A stretch of 64,000 bases of DNA from Azolla caroliniana (GCA_043228905.1 JBHGNT010000015.1:12338001-12402000), one strand, 5' to 3'; positions 1 to 13,975 are shown, counted from the first letter of the stretch. Program-made: numbers and translations. Notes: generated by a model from the sequence alone, not told the origin.

Positions 1-846
1 TCTCTTTCTTATCTATGGGCTCATATAAGTCTCTAACTATCAGGAGATCTACCATCTTGATCTTCCAGTTTGAGTAGTTGTGGGAGTTAAGGACTATCAT
101 TCTTGGAAAACCATTCACACCTCCTTCCATCCCTGCATCTCTTGCTCTGATACCAGTTAGATGAATTTAGGACTGTAGATAGAAGAGAAAGATAGATTGA
201 ACAAATACAAAACAGAATACAAAATACATAATGCACACTTGTTTACCTGGAAACCCTATAAGAGGGAAAGTACCACGAAGCAACATATTTTCACTATAAA
301 TCGGAGATACAAGAGGAAAAACAGATTACAAAGCTTTGCAGATTAGAGTATCCACCACTTAGGGTTTTAGTGGGAAGTATACCTCACTATGCCTTCCTTC
401 TCTCACTCTTATCTCCTTCATACTCTCTTTGTATACAATGCTCTACACCCTACTACATAAAGTTTGTTCTAGGTCCACATATTTATAGAAGGAATAAGTT
501 ATTATTATTATATTATAATAACAGTAGTTAATCGTCCGACGGGTTGAATCGACTATCCAACCTACAAACGATAGTCTAGTCGATTCAACAACTGACTCCT
601 ATGTCATCGATCGACCTATCCCTCACTTGGTTCATCTAACCAATAAATTCAACCTCCAAATTGATCCATCCCCAAATCGTCTCTCTCTCTCTGGTTGATT
701 TGGTCGACCCGACTGGTCGACTCTTCATTTGCCCCACTCAATCGACCTCCAAGTCGACTCGTTGGTCAATCCGACCGACCGACCCGATTTCGACTTCTCC
801 CAATCAACAACCGACTTCTAACATTAGGAGGGATAGAATCCTGACA
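1..846 (-). mobile_element. 5' end of a Tnt1-like Ty1/copia element (5' LTR 159-846, PBS, gag N-terminus), running off the left edge
   Basis: Minus strand from ATG at 130 reads MEGGVNGFPRMIVLNSHNYSNWKIKMVDLLIVRDLYEPID, near-identical to the gag at 15584. tRNA-iMet PBS TGGTATCAGAGC (rc) at 144-155. LTR start TGTCAGGATTCTATCCCTCC resembles the LTR start at 14847. Confidence 0.88.
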
Positions 847-1034
847 CTTGTGACATGGTTGGGTTTCTCTTCTACGATGTGCATCTTTTACCAAGAACTG
901 AATATGAAGATGAGGAATCAGTGTATACATATGGCAATGGAACACGCAATTATGTTACCGCTTATATATTGTTATGGCAAAGGGCAAAGGACATGTAGGC
1001 TTGCCAAACTATATGTCATGATGTAATTGACTCT

Positions 1035-1126
1035 AAGTTCTCTTTGTTCAAAGTTGTCTAGTATGTGTCTCCATGAATTAAAGTTCTCTTTGTTCAAAGT
1101 TGTCTAGTATGTGTCTCTATGAATTA
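1035..1126. repeat. 46-bp direct tandem duplication (2 copies)
   Basis: aagttctctttgttcaaagttgtctagtatgtgtctc(c/t)atgaatta at 1035-1080 and 1081-1126. Confidence 0.9.
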
Positions 1127-1327
1127 AAGTAATAATAATTGTCCATCAATTGTGTTCTCATATCTCATATACAATACAACATTCTTGTTGTGAATCTTTT
1201 ACTTGTAATTGCTCTTTTTGAATCTTGGTATTGATTCCCTCAACCTTGTGGATGTTCTATAGATTCTACAATTGACTTCTTGTGAATCATAAAAGCAATA
1301 TAATTGTGCATCAACGGTGTTGCCATC

Positions 1328-4300
1328 TGTTGAGCGACAAGCTCAACTGGAGCTGGATCAGCTGAATAAGCCTGAGCCGGCAAGCGAGACGGATCGGTAA
1401 GTTGTGAGCAACCAAGCGGGCAAGCAACAGAGCCAGTGAGCTGGGGAGCCGGTTAGCCGGATCCAATAAGTAACCGGAAGCCTAGTATTAGCGTAGACTA
1501 CTAGGCAATTATAGTCTCGTAGTAAGTGTCAGATGCTCGTGTGAGCATTGAAGTACGCGGTACTTCTGTCAGTCCCACGAGGACTTGTATAAATAATGCT
1601 ACTGAGCATAGTTGTATGTACAAAGTGTTTTTATTGTTTTTGAATATAGCCTTGAAGTTCTGCTCTCTCTGTCTCTCCCGTGTACTCTGTGTATTCCCTA
1701 CCTTCTTTGTTTTCTAACGCTTCCGCAAGTAATCGTTTACATGGTATCAAAGCGCGAGGGTTGAGAACCTTTGCAACCGACAAACGCTTAAAAGCAAACC
1801 CTAACAGGTCGTAAAACAGCAGATAGAGAAGTGATGGATAGAGGGATGGCTAGCTCGCTCCCTGTGGAGAAACCCAACAGATCCAACTATGCATCTTGGT
1901 CGTATAAGATGCACCAGTACCTTCTTGGGCATGGCTACTGGAGTTTCGTCGAAGGAGCCAACGAAACAACACCTGATGCGGCACATAAGGACTTCCCAGT
2001 GTGGGAACAATCGGCAAGCAGAGTGATGTACTGCTTTGCGTCCAGTGTCGGAGACCAGCTGTTGAGCCACATCCAAGACGCCAAGACACCGAAGGAGGCT
2101 TGGGGGAACTTGAAGAAGGTTTTCGCCGCGAGCACTACAGCCTGGAAGGTGTAACTCCGATAGGAGTTGAGCAATGTCTGACAGAAGGACATGTCGGTGG
2201 CGGATTACACGGCCCAGATCAAAGAGATCTGTGACTTGCTTGCCTCTATCAACATTACCGTAGAGGAAGACGAGATGGTACAAGTTTGTCTTTGGGGGCC
2301 TGGCATCTAAGTTCAAAGCGTTCCGAATGGCGGTGTGTACAAGGGAGAATACGCCATCATTTTTCGACTTACAGTCGATGCTCCTTGTAGAGGAGAACCA
2401 CGCCGGTGCGTCAACAAGCGCACCCATTGACAACCGGATGCTGTACACGGAAGCGGATTGGTCCCGTGGACGTGGTGGACGAGGCGGGTCGGCACGCAAT
2501 GGAGGCGGCCGGCAAGAGCAAGAACGAAGGCACAGAGAACGTGCCGAAAACGGTTCCGGGACTCCCACAGGCAGGGGGAGTCATGGCGACACCGGAAGAA
2601 GCCAAGAGAAGTCAGCAACTGAATGCTGGTACTGTGGCAAAAAGGGCCACAGAGAAAGCGAGTGTTGGAGAAAAGGAGCTGATTAGGACAAATTTGGATT
2701 CGGCAAGGACGGCAAAGCTCGCACTACGCGAAGGGATCGGTAGGATCCAAGAACGGCAACGGGCCAACCTTGGTGATGAAGCATGAGGCGAACTCGATGA
2801 AGAAGACCACTTCCAAATCGGAGGAAGTGTGGTATGTTGATTCCGGTGTGTTGAACCACATGATGAACCACAAAGAGTGGTTCTCCTTTTTGGAGAAACC
2901 GGATCAACCAGGAGTAGTCGAAACGGGAGACGACACTCCTCACCCAATTGTGCACGTCGGAGAAGTTCCTTTGAGCCACGTCGGACAGAAGGGGAAGCTG
3001 ATGAACGTATTACACGTTCCGACAATCACGAAGAACCTGGTGTCGGTCGGATAGATCGTCGACCAAGGGATGCAGGTGCGGTTTACGCACCTCGGGTGCT
3101 TCATCGAGGAAGAGGGCCATATTATTGCGCAAGGGCGCAGAGACGGGAGGATGTTTATCCTCGACACCAATGATGTCGGCACCCCTCTATTTGCAAAAGG
3201 ACAGAAGGTCGAATCAGACATCGACCTATGGCACAAGCGGATAGGCCATGTCAATGACCGGAGGCTTCAAGACCTGCAAAGAAACAAGTTGTTCTCGGTT
3301 TGCCGAAGTTTAGCGGCCGAAAGGCCCAAGTATGTGAATCCTGCCAACTCGGGAAGCAACACTGGCTTCCATTCCCCACCGAACGTAACCGGAGCCATAA
3401 CAAGCTCGACCTTATCCATTCGGATGTGTGGGGACCGACACAAAATGTTAGTCTTGGCGGTAGTCGATATTTCGTCTCCTTCATCGACGACTATACACGG
3501 CACACATGGATCTACCTCATTGAACGGAAGAGTGAAGTCTTCGAGTGTTTCCGGAGTCTCCAAAGCATGGTGGAATGGGAATCGGAGAGGAGGATCAAAT
3601 GCGTGCGGTCGGATGGCGGAAAAGAGTACTTTTCCGGCCAATTCAACAGTTATCTACAGCAAAAGGGAATTCGGCAAGAGTTCAGCTGCAGATACACACC
3701 GCAACAGAACGGTGTTGCCGAAAGGAAGAACTGGTCGCTTATTGATGCGGCAAGGGCAATGCTGGAGGAGAAGAGCATGCCCAATTTCTACTAGGCGGAG
3801 GCAGTCCGAACAACTGTCTACATCCAGAACCGGATCGGTGACAAGGTGTCAGCTCACGAGCTGTATTTCAGGCGCAAGCTGAATTTGAGACACCTTAAGA
3901 TCTTCGGTAGCATTCCATATGTGCATGTACCGGAAGAGAAGCGGAGGAAGCTGGATGCAAAATCGGAAAAATGCATCCTAATCAGCTATGCTCAAGAGCA
4001 GAAGGGTTGTAAGTGTTATAACCCCCGGACAAAGCTGGTCCGAGTTAGTCGAGATGTCGAGTTCGATGAATCGACATCGTGGTACTGCTTACCGGCTCCG
4101 ACTTCCGAATCCGACCTGGTGCCGGTGGATGAGGCTAGTGAGCCTGAACCGGCCCAGGTAGAGGATGATGAAGCGTGGACTCAGGATGAGAGTCTGGAAT
4201 CGTTCCGGTTGAGCAGGCCAAACGAGAGACTGAGTCAATCTGACCAGTCCGATGAGGAACCGACGAGTAGTGGAGACTCTGCCATGCACTCCCCACGCAA

Positions 4301-7079
4301 GGAACCGAGGCGACGGCTCAAGCGCAAAGAGAAGGGGAAGAAGAAGATGCCGGAATTCGAAACCGGCAACGATGAGTCGGATCAATGTGCATCTGACTCC
4401 CGCAAGGAGACAGGCGGATATTCGGCAACGAAGACCGAACCAGCCAAGAAGGGCCTCAAACTGGGTAACAGTGAGTTACGTCGGTCCACCCGCTAGAAGG
4501 ATCCCGTCAAGCGATACGGGTACAATGAGTACATGGCGCATCACTATGCGTACATGACTAAGGTGGCAGAAGTGCGTGAGCCGGAGAGTTACGCAGAAGC
4601 GACCAAGGACACCAATTGGCGTGCCGCTATGGAGGAAGAAATGCGGGCACTTGATGTCAACAACACATGGGACCTGGTTGACCCCCCTCGTCACTGTAAA
4701 CCGATCGGATGCAAGTGGATATACAAGGTAAAGTTCAATGCCGATAGTTCTGTTAACTAGTATAAAGCCCGGTTAGTGGCGAAGGGATACGCGCAGACCC
4801 ACGGAATCGACTATGATGAGACCTTTGCTCTGGTAGCGAAGATGACGACGGTTCGTGTGGTGTTGGCGGTTGCTGCAGCAAGGGGGTGGCATCTTCACCA
4901 AATGGATGTGAAGAATGCATTTCTTCAAGGTGATCTTGAAGAAGAAATCTTTATGACTCAGCCCCCTGGCTTTCAATAGGAGATGAACAAGTCGGCGGTA
5001 TGCCGGCTGAAGAGGTCGTTGTACGGCCTGAAGCAAGCCCCTCGAGCTTGGAATGCGAAGATCACGTACCGGTTGCGTAAGATGGGGTTTGTGGCCTCCC
5101 AATCGGACTCTTCGTTGTTCATCCGGGAAGGCTCAGCTGGCCCAGTATGTATACTGTTGTATGTTGATGATCTAGTCATCACCGGACCGGGTGTTCTAGA
5201 AATCAACCGCGTCAAGTCCTTGTTGTCGGACGCATTTGAGATGAAGGACCTAGGGAACCTTCATTATTTTCTTGGGATCGAGGTGATCCGAACCCCTGAC
5301 GGCATATTACTCTCACAACGACATTACGTCTTGAATATGCTGTAAAAGTTTGGCATGACAGAATGTCGACCTATCTCCACACCCTTGGACTAGAACCAGA
5401 AGCTCCGTCCCAACTCCGGTCCGGCCTGCAACGAGAAACGGTTCCGAAAATTTTTCGGAAGCCTTATTTACCTGACTATCACATGCCCTGACATCAGCTA
5501 TCCGGTCGGGATGATAAGTCAGTTCATGCAGAAGCCGACCGTGGAGCACCTTCAGTGCTCGCAACGGATATTGCCATATGTAAGCGGCACGAAGGACTGG
5601 GGACTGTTATACCGGTGAGGTATAACTGAAGAGCTCGTCGGTTACATGGATGCCGACTAGGCTGGCGATGCATCAGATCGCCGATCAACCTTTGGTTACA
5701 TGTTTTCCCTAGGTCGTGCGGCTGTTGCGTGGAGCAGGAAAAAGCAGCCAACAGTTGCTCTGTCGAGCACTGAGGCTAAGTATCGGGGCACTACCATTGC
5801 CACCTCTGAAGCCATTTGGCTTCGGTGACTGCTGCAAGACTTACGGATCGAGGTAACGACCCTAATTCTGGTCTACTACGACAACATAAGCAAGATACAA
5901 CTCGCCAAGAACCCTGTGTTCCATGCTCGCACAAAGCACATAGAAGTGCATTATCACTTTGTGCGTGAGCAGAACCTGAGCAGTGAAGTTGAACTACGGT
6001 ATGTTCACACGGATCAGCAAGTTGCCGACATCTTCACCAAGCCGCTCGAATCGGACAAGTTGCAGCACTTTACTGACATGCTTGGTGTTCAGCATCTCGA
6101 CGTGCCACACTTGAGGGGGAGAACGGGCAGAGACACCGGAACAGGCAAAGGCAAAGAGACTGCCGATTGTGCCGGTGAGGGAAGAACAGAAGGCGGGAGA
6201 GTCAAGAAGGACAAAGCCGACCGAAGGAAGAAGGCCAAGACCCGGACATGGTCCAATGTGGTGAAGGGCTTGGAACCAGAAGACGAATTGGGAGCAACCG
6301 ATTCGGACAAGAGCTGGGACGAATCGGAGATAGTCGATTCGGTTCAAAAGACAGATTCGGAAGAACTGGATCAATTCAAGGCCAAGCAAACATGGATGCA
6401 GTGGAAGTCGATGCAATCGTGGAGAAACCGATGGATCGATAAGCGTCGGAGTCATAACAGCGAAGGAGCTGAGCAGGGCCTATTGAGCAGGCATATCGAC
6501 CGAGAAGGTCGAGGCGCGCAGAACAAGAGGGGTCGCGGCAAACAAAACCGGACCAGACGTGGAGCGTGAGCAAGGCGAAGCGACGCCAGGAGAGGTCGGT
6601 TGGAAGAACCGGCTGCCACAGAGACTGACACTAAGATCCAACCTCAAGTTGAGCTTGAGGGGGAGTGTTGAGCGGCAAGCTCAACTGGAGCCGGATTGGC
6701 TGAATAAGCTTGAGCCGGCAAGCGAGACGGATCGGTAAGCTGTGAGCAACTGAGCCGGCAAGCAATAGAGTTGGTGAGCTGGGAAGTTGGTTAGCTGAAT
6801 CCAATCAGTAACCGAAAGCCTAGTATTAGCGTAAACTACTAGGAAATTATAGTCTCGTAGTAAGTGTCAGATGCTCATGTGAGCATTGAAGTACGTTGTA
6901 CTTCTGTCAGTCCCACGAGGACTTGTATAAATAATGCTACTGAGCATAGTTGTATGTACAAAGTGTTTTTATTGTTTTTGAATATAGCCTTGAAGTTCTG
7001 CTCTCTCTGTCTCTCCCATGTACTCTGTGTATTCCCTACCTTCTTTGTTTTCTAACGCTTCCGCAAGTAATCGTTTACA
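1328..7079 (+). mobile_element. Full-length but inactivated Ty1/copia element A (LTRs 1328-1741 and 6666-7079)
   Basis: Two 414-bp TG...CA LTRs about 94% identical by manual count. PBS TGGTATCAAAGC 1742-1753, PPT 6651-6665, TSD CCATC/CCATT. Domain order gag-PR-IN-RT-RH. Confidence 0.97.
1834..6569 (+). pseudogene. Copia gag-pol of element A, broken by stops and frameshifts
   Basis: Zinc knuckle CWYCGKKGHRESEC; protease WYVDSG; integrase HSDVWGP, RSDGGKEY and PQQNGVAE; [12 protein letters not shown] and LYVDDL; RNase H HARTKHIEVHYHFVR. Confidence 0.95.
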
Positions 7080-8760
7080 CCATTATATCTTTTCCTTGTG
7101 ATTCCTCTTTGTAAATCTTGATATTGATTCTTCTTATGTGTTGTTGGCACATTTGATGAATAAAAAACTATTATAAATTTAATATTTTTTAGCTTTTGTC
7201 ATCCCCTCTTTGTTGGAAGTGAGGCTGTCAGTGCAGAATAAAAACAACACTTAGGTGTTGAAGAGTGACAAGTTGATTAACAAGATGAACAAATTAAAGT
7301 AGAGAATTATAAAGTAACTGAGCTAGGGCAATCGCTCTTTGGTCTTATTACAAATGTGTCCTAAACGTAGTCTGGCCAAGTGAGACAATGTGAATATGGC
7401 CATTATACACCAACATTCGTCACTCTTCCCATTATCATACTAGTCACCTCCTTCGAATACAGTAATATAATGGATGTATTCACACTAACCTATTAGACAA
7501 ACTAGATTAGAATATTTATGTAAATAGCATAAAGGGCAGTTTGGTTAGTATATAACTGACTTGTAACGTAGTTTGTAAGATTGATGTTGTTGTTTCAATT
7601 TTGAATAATACAGTTTACTTTGGTGCCTCTCAATTTCCCTCTCTTTCTCCCTCCTTTGTTATAGTTTCTTGCAGATTGTCTTTGTTACTTTTGTTCATTT
7701 GTTTCATACCATCTACTTCTTGGTCTTTAGCACACAATGTTGTATTTCAGACTCTCACATTGACAACTTAGTTTCCAACAGTCGGTATCAGAGCCAGAGG
7801 TTCTTTTTTCATCGATGGTCGTCATTAGTCCCTCCATCATCGACACTTTCGATTTGATTGTGAAAGACTTGAAGTTTGTTGGATCTCCTGAACAGGATTT
7901 CCAAGATTTCAATCGGATTGAAATCTTTTGTTAGACAACTACATATTTACATCTTGTGAGAGGAAGAAGCACTCTATTAAGTTCTTGCGCATTTCATCGA
8001 GGACGTACTTTAGGTAAACTAGTCGGTTGTACCTTTCTTTTGATTGTAGCCACTCTGAGCAAAACTTTCGACTAGTTGACTCTTGTGTTCGCGTTCATTC
8101 AGTTAGATCGCATTTCTGGTAAATCAAACGGTTTTACCCTTTCCCCTGATCATAGTCACTTCGAGCAGGACTTCTGATTAGTCAACTCTCGTAAAAAAAT
8201 GGCTTCCACATCCGACTTGTCAGAGACGAGTCTCAAGAAGTTCAAAGGCACGAACTTCAATTTCTAGAAGGGGCAAATGCAAGATTACTTAATTGTGAAG
8301 GGTCAAATCGACCCAATCGAGAATGCATCGGCTCTAAAGGAATACAAGCCGAATGAGTGAACAAAGCTCGATCGTATAACTCATGCCACCATTCGGATGC
8401 AGCTGTCCGAATTAGCCTATGGCACGGTGTAGTCATGTTTGATAGCCTACAAATTGTGGAAGACGCTATCAGACACATGAAAAGAAGGTGGCCACCACAA
8501 AGATTTATCTTATTCGACACCTCTACAATCTTCCAATGAAAGAATCCGATTCGGTCCAAGCACTCCTTAATGAATATGAGAGCATCAATTCCCAAATTTT
8601 GGCTCAGGGGATGACTATTGATGATGAGTTGAAAGCTCTCTTGTTGATGAGTAGTCTCCTCCGTTCATACATTCGTCACGACTGTGTGATGCATCGACTA
8701 TGTTCGTTAAGTACTCCGAGATTAGGAGCTCCATTTTGTCTGAAGATGCTCGGAGGAAAA

Positions 8761-9517
8761 TGTGAAAGTGTTTTTTAGAATCTAAGACATTGAACATTAG
8801 AAGAATATAAAGTATGGATAATTCACATTTGGAGGCTAAGAACATGAACCAAGACCTTAGGAAGAAGTCAAAAGTAAAAGTAAGAGACCAAGAGAAAAGT
8901 AAAAAGAGAAAAAGCCGACCATAAAAAACAGTAAACATGGAATGGTCATAACTCCTTCTTTTTTCACCCAAATATTATGTTTAAATATGTTTTATCAAGC
9001 TTGTCAAGAGAGCTATCTATAGCTTTTTAAATCACTAAATTTGGAGCTCTGATGAGGGAGATATGACGATTAGAAGGTTGCTGGGTCTTAGCTAAAAATA
9101 GGAGATAAAAAGCTTCTAAAAATACTGTGAATGAGGAAGAAGAAGAAAATTATAAAAGAAGAAGTGGAGGTCCGAATAGAGGGGGAGGAGTCTTAGGAAG
9201 AAGTATCTTAGTGGAAGAAGATGGTTTTTAGGAGTGGGTTTGAGTGATGGGTAGTAAGAAGGTCTTTGGTTTTTAAGTTCATTGTGGGGTTTATCCTCTT
9301 TGTATTGACTTGAAGTGGAATATTATAACATTCTTATCTCTTTCTTATCTTTCCTACCTTTTATCTTAATTTCTTGAGTTTTCCTCTCTAAATCGTAGTT
9401 ACCTAGATCTATATAATCTATTATAATTCACAACTCCATCTAATCGGTTTGATCAAGACCTCATATTGTGTACGAGTATCATCTGTCTTATACACCCTAT
9501 CAGAAAACATTCTTACA
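8761..9517. mobile_element. Solo-LTR-like insertion in the gag of element B
   Basis: AT-rich block with imperfect inverted ends TGTGAAAGTGTTTT / AAAACATTCTTACA interrupting gag. No TSD found. Confidence 0.6.
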
Positions 9518-11020
9518 CGAGTCAACAAATGATGCCTACGTAGTATAGAGTTTGGCCGACTGATAGAACAATCGTGAAAGGAGTTCTTCCCAAATACCAG
9601 CTAACTCTAGAGGCTGAAGTAAGTCCAGAGATACTTGAATATGCAATTACTACAAGAAGTCTGGACACATAAAAGCTGAATGTTGAGCCCTTAAAGCCAA
9701 GAATGAGAAGACTCAAAGATCAACACAGAAGAGCAGCCGACAAGAGGAAGTGAACTTCGTTGGAGAAACTTCCCCTATCAGCTCTTCAACCGAAACTATT
9801 TCAAAGGACCCATATATATTGGTGATAGAAAATATGGACAAGTCAGAAGTTCTGTACACGATTGAAGAAGCCACGAGCTGGCTTCTCGATTTGGGTGCCT
9901 CCTTTAATGTGACCCGTCACTAGTCACAATTTCATCAATATTTGGCTCAGAATTAGGACTTAGTCCGAGTAGGCAATTCACAACATTGTGCCATAGTTGG
10001 CATCGACATAGTAGAACTTAACCTTCCAGGTCATTCTACTTTAGTATTACACAATATCTGGCACATCCAAAAGCTGACATGACCACTTATTTCAATGGGA
10101 TAGCTTGATCAAGCAAGCATTCATGCTGACTTCTCGTTAAGAGGATGGACACTCCACAAACAAAACCTCTTGCTTGCTTGGGGACTGAAGGTAGATTCAT
10201 TGTACCCACTAAATGTCACCGTCAAAGAGGGTGACCTATTCTTGGTAGATATTCCCATGTCGTCCCTCTGGCATGGTTGACTGGGTTATTTGAGCAAAGG
10301 CGGCATCACGCACTTATCCAAAGCTGGGTACATCCCTAAGCTCTCCTTCTCCGACCATAAATTCTACGAGCATTGCCAGTACGGCAAGTAATTCGTGGCT
10401 TCACATCCAACCAAAGAATCGAGAGAGTCCACTCCACTCGACTTAGTCCATTCGGACATCTGTGGCCTAATGCCACATTAGTCCCTCGGTGGTGTGTCTT
10501 ATTTTGTCACATTTATCGATGAGGCAACTCTGAAGGCGTGGGCGTATCCAGTTCGGACCAAAGATCGTCTGTTCACGATCTTCACAGAATGGCTCATGAT
10601 TGTGGAAAATTAGACATCCGAAAGCTAAAATTCCTATGGTCTGATAATGGTGGGGAGTATAAATCGGACGAATTCGTTAGATTTTGCTGACAACACAACA
10701 TTAGAGGAGAATATACAGATTCATACTGTCCTGAGCAAAATGGAATTGCAGAGTGCATGAATAGAACATTATGCCAGACTTTCGGATGGCTTCTAGGCAA
10801 ATTATTAATATGCCACTGAGTAGGCCTCTTGGATTTCAAAGTTTGCAAGAGCTATGGACTAGCAAGAGAGTAGATTACCAAAAGCTACAGATTTTTAGAT
10901 CCGATGCATTCACACTTGTGTCGGAAGAAGAATGCTGAAAACTTAAGCCAAGTTCAAGAAAATTTATTTTCTTAGGTTATGGACCTACCGGCAATTTCAA
11001 TTACCAATTCTAGGTCCCGG

Positions 11021-12417
11021 TGTCGCGAAAATACGACAAGGATATGTGAACTTGAGGCAGAACCCCGGGGCCTCCGACCAGAGGATATCAAACTCGTGCG
11101 TTTATATTTTTAACAATTAACAGAAATGAGAAATTTAGTAATTTTTCATTAGCAAAGGAAAAGAAATTACAATATGTCCCAAGATTGGGATTCCGACGTT
11201 TTAGGTTTACTGAGATTGATAGAAAAGAAAAATTAGGGGTTTTGAAAGAGATGGCTTCTGTAAGGAAATTTAGGGTTTATGGTTTTTTTCCAGAACATTC
11301 TCTTTCTTGAATGTTATGCCTCGATAAGATAAGGGACCCGAGAAGGTAAAAAAAGAAGAAGAAGAAGAACAGAAGAGAGTGGAATATATATGGGTTTCTT
11401 TGTTGATCATCCCTTTGATGTTCCTTTGCATCCCCAGTTTTAGTTGCATGGCCTCTACTTTTAGTTGCATGCTTTCATTTTTGTATTCGGCCATAAAGTT
11501 CCGCCCATGCGTAATCCCTACGTGCGCCACGATCGAACACGCACGCACGTGCGTCTCGACCAACCCACCGAGCCATGCACCCGCGATTGAGCTGCCAAGC
11601 TGTGAGTCCGTCCGAAACGTCCACGTGCTCGTGCGCGCGAATCCGTCCGAAACGTCCGAACTGTGCACGTGACTGCGCGTCGTCCGAGCCGTGCACGTGA
11701 CCGTGCAGCGTGGACAATCTAGCCACGACCCAAAATCATCCGTACGTGTGTCGTGATTGAACACGCACACATCCATAAAGTTCCACCCGTGCGTAATCCC
11801 TACGTGTGTCACGACCGAACACCGTGCACCCGCGTCCACGCGCACATGCATGCGCACATCCGTCTGAGCCATGCACATGACCGTGCAACATGGCCAATCT
11901 AGGCATGACCCAAAATCATTCGTACATGCGTCGTGACTGAACACGCACACATCCATAAAGTTCCACCTGTGCATAATCCCTACGTGCGTCACGACCGAAC
12001 ACGCACGTGCACACGTCTCAACCAACCCACCGAGCCGTGCACCCACGATTAAGCCACCAAACTGTGAGTCTATCCGAAACGTCCACGCACACCAAGCCAC
12101 TTATCCACACACTTTCAACTCAAGTCACCTTGAATATTCTATGCTTTACAAATGGACATAAAGCAATAGATTCTAGCTTTCCTTATATAATGTGGGATCC
12201 GTTGTTGTCCTATCTATGTGGGATATCTCCTAGTTTTGTTTTCTCAATCTTCTTAAACTTTATACTTACATAACTTGATACTTAGTTGTTCGTTTCATGT
12301 GTCGTAAAATGGGTTCGAAGCTCTTCAACACGTCCATCTTTCCATATTAATCCATTAAGGTAATCTTAAATAATTATTTTACTATTTTTCTTATTGTGTG
12401 TGAAAAATCACACGACA
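11021..12417 (-). mobile_element. Solo-LTR-like element of the TGTCG...CGACA family, with internal CG-rich repeats
   Basis: Interrupts the integrase C-terminus of B. 4-bp TSD CCGG/TCGG. Both arms homologous to 30952-32260. Minus-strand TATA near 12183. Confidence 0.88.
11491..12090. repeat. Three CG-rich modules starting ccataaagttcc...gtaatccctacgtg
   Basis: Module starts near 11491, 11773 and 11953, with shuffled sub-blocks. Confidence 0.85.
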
Positions 12418-13975
12418 TCGGAGACTCGACAAGTTTTCCGAAGTTCGGACGTCGTCTTCAATGAGATGGAAACGCACGAGGCGGCCGAAAGGCCAATTGA
12501 GTTAACAAGAGTCACCTTTTCGGATGTGTCGACTCTTCTTGATGGACCTACTTAGAATAGTAGGTAAGCTTTAAAGGTAGTTGAAACCTTAGTTCCTGGA
12601 TCGGCCCAACTGAACAGAGTCGATTCGGCTCTACCAAACAGTGCCAATTTTGGCCCAGTTGAATCGTTCAATCGATTCGACCTCGATTGATCCGAACACC
12701 CAAAATACGGACGTACCGAGATCTTGCTAGCAGCAAACGCATAGTATCAAACGGTTTCTGACAAGATTATGGAATTGATTTTGATGAGATGTTTTCACCA
12801 CTAGTGAAAATGACTAACCTTTGCTTCTTGATCGGAGTCGTCGTCGCCGAGAATCTAGAGTTTATTCAACTAGATGTAAAGACGACTTTCCTTCGCGGTG
12901 ATGTTGATGAAGAAATTTACATGGAGTAGCTGAAAGCTTCATGTAACCAGATCAGAAACATCTAGTCTATCAACTTAGAAAGAGTCTGGATGGCCTGAAA
13001 TAGGCTTCGAGGCAATGGTATAGAAAATTCGATGATTTCATCCAATTGATCGGCTCATTGTCTCGATTCGAAAAAGACACAAGATGGGTCGCCTATCTTC
13101 CTCATCCTTTACGTGGATGATATGTTGCTCTTTAGCCAAAATGCGAAAATGCGAAAGAGCTTGCCGAACTTGTTCGGCAATTGCAGTTGAGATTCACTAT
13201 GAAGGACATAGGTCCTACCCGACACATTCTCAGGATGAAGATTACGTCGCATCATGCGCAACGACAATTATTTCTGTCTCAGGCCAACTAAATCCGACGA
13301 ATCTTGGAGCAATTCAGCATGCAATTAGCTTGATTTGCTTGGACTCCATTACCTACCAACCTTCAGCTATCTCACAGAGATTGCCCAACATCTGGTGCGG
13401 AGGGAGATCATATGAAATCAATACCGTATGCATCGGTTTTGGCTCATTAATATATGCTATGTTCGTGACAAGAACAGACATAACACATGCGATAGGAGTC
13501 GTATGCATATTCATTCATAATACCAACCGACCACAGTGGAATGCAGTGAAGCATATCTTCTAATATTTAGTGGGCACACAAGACCTTGGCATCCTTTTCG
13601 GACTTTGCCGACTGTTTTGATAACCAAAAGTCGACATCCGTATATTTCTTCTGATTCGGGCATGGAGCTATCTTGTGGGGTGCACAACTACTTTGACGAC
13701 CAAATCCGAAAATGTTGTTGCATTCAACGCGGCTAAAGAAGTGTTGTGAATTGGTTGACTAGTTTGCACATTTCGGCAAGCCGACCCAAATTCGACTCTA
13801 GTCATCTTTAGCGGCAGTCAAGCAGCAATAGCTCTAGCGAAGAATCTGGTACATCACAACACCTCGAAGCATATCAAAGTTCGATATCATTTTGTTTGGG
13901 ATTGCGTAACCAAGGGTAAGCTCGACCTGGAGAAAATCTCCACAATCGACAATATTGCGGATGCAATGACCAAGT

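Noticed and set aside
661-1026. 121-aa ORF
   Set aside because: It spans an LTR boundary, starts at TTG and has no domain.
1801-2568. 255-aa antisense ORF, and many similar shadow ORFs over the copia elements
   Set aside because: Antisense or off-frame shadows of GC-rich gag-pol, not conserved as ORFs between sister copies.
11270-12100. 276-aa minus-strand ORF with internal repeats
   Set aside because: It translates the CG-rich repeat cassette of a solo LTR and has no recognisable domain.
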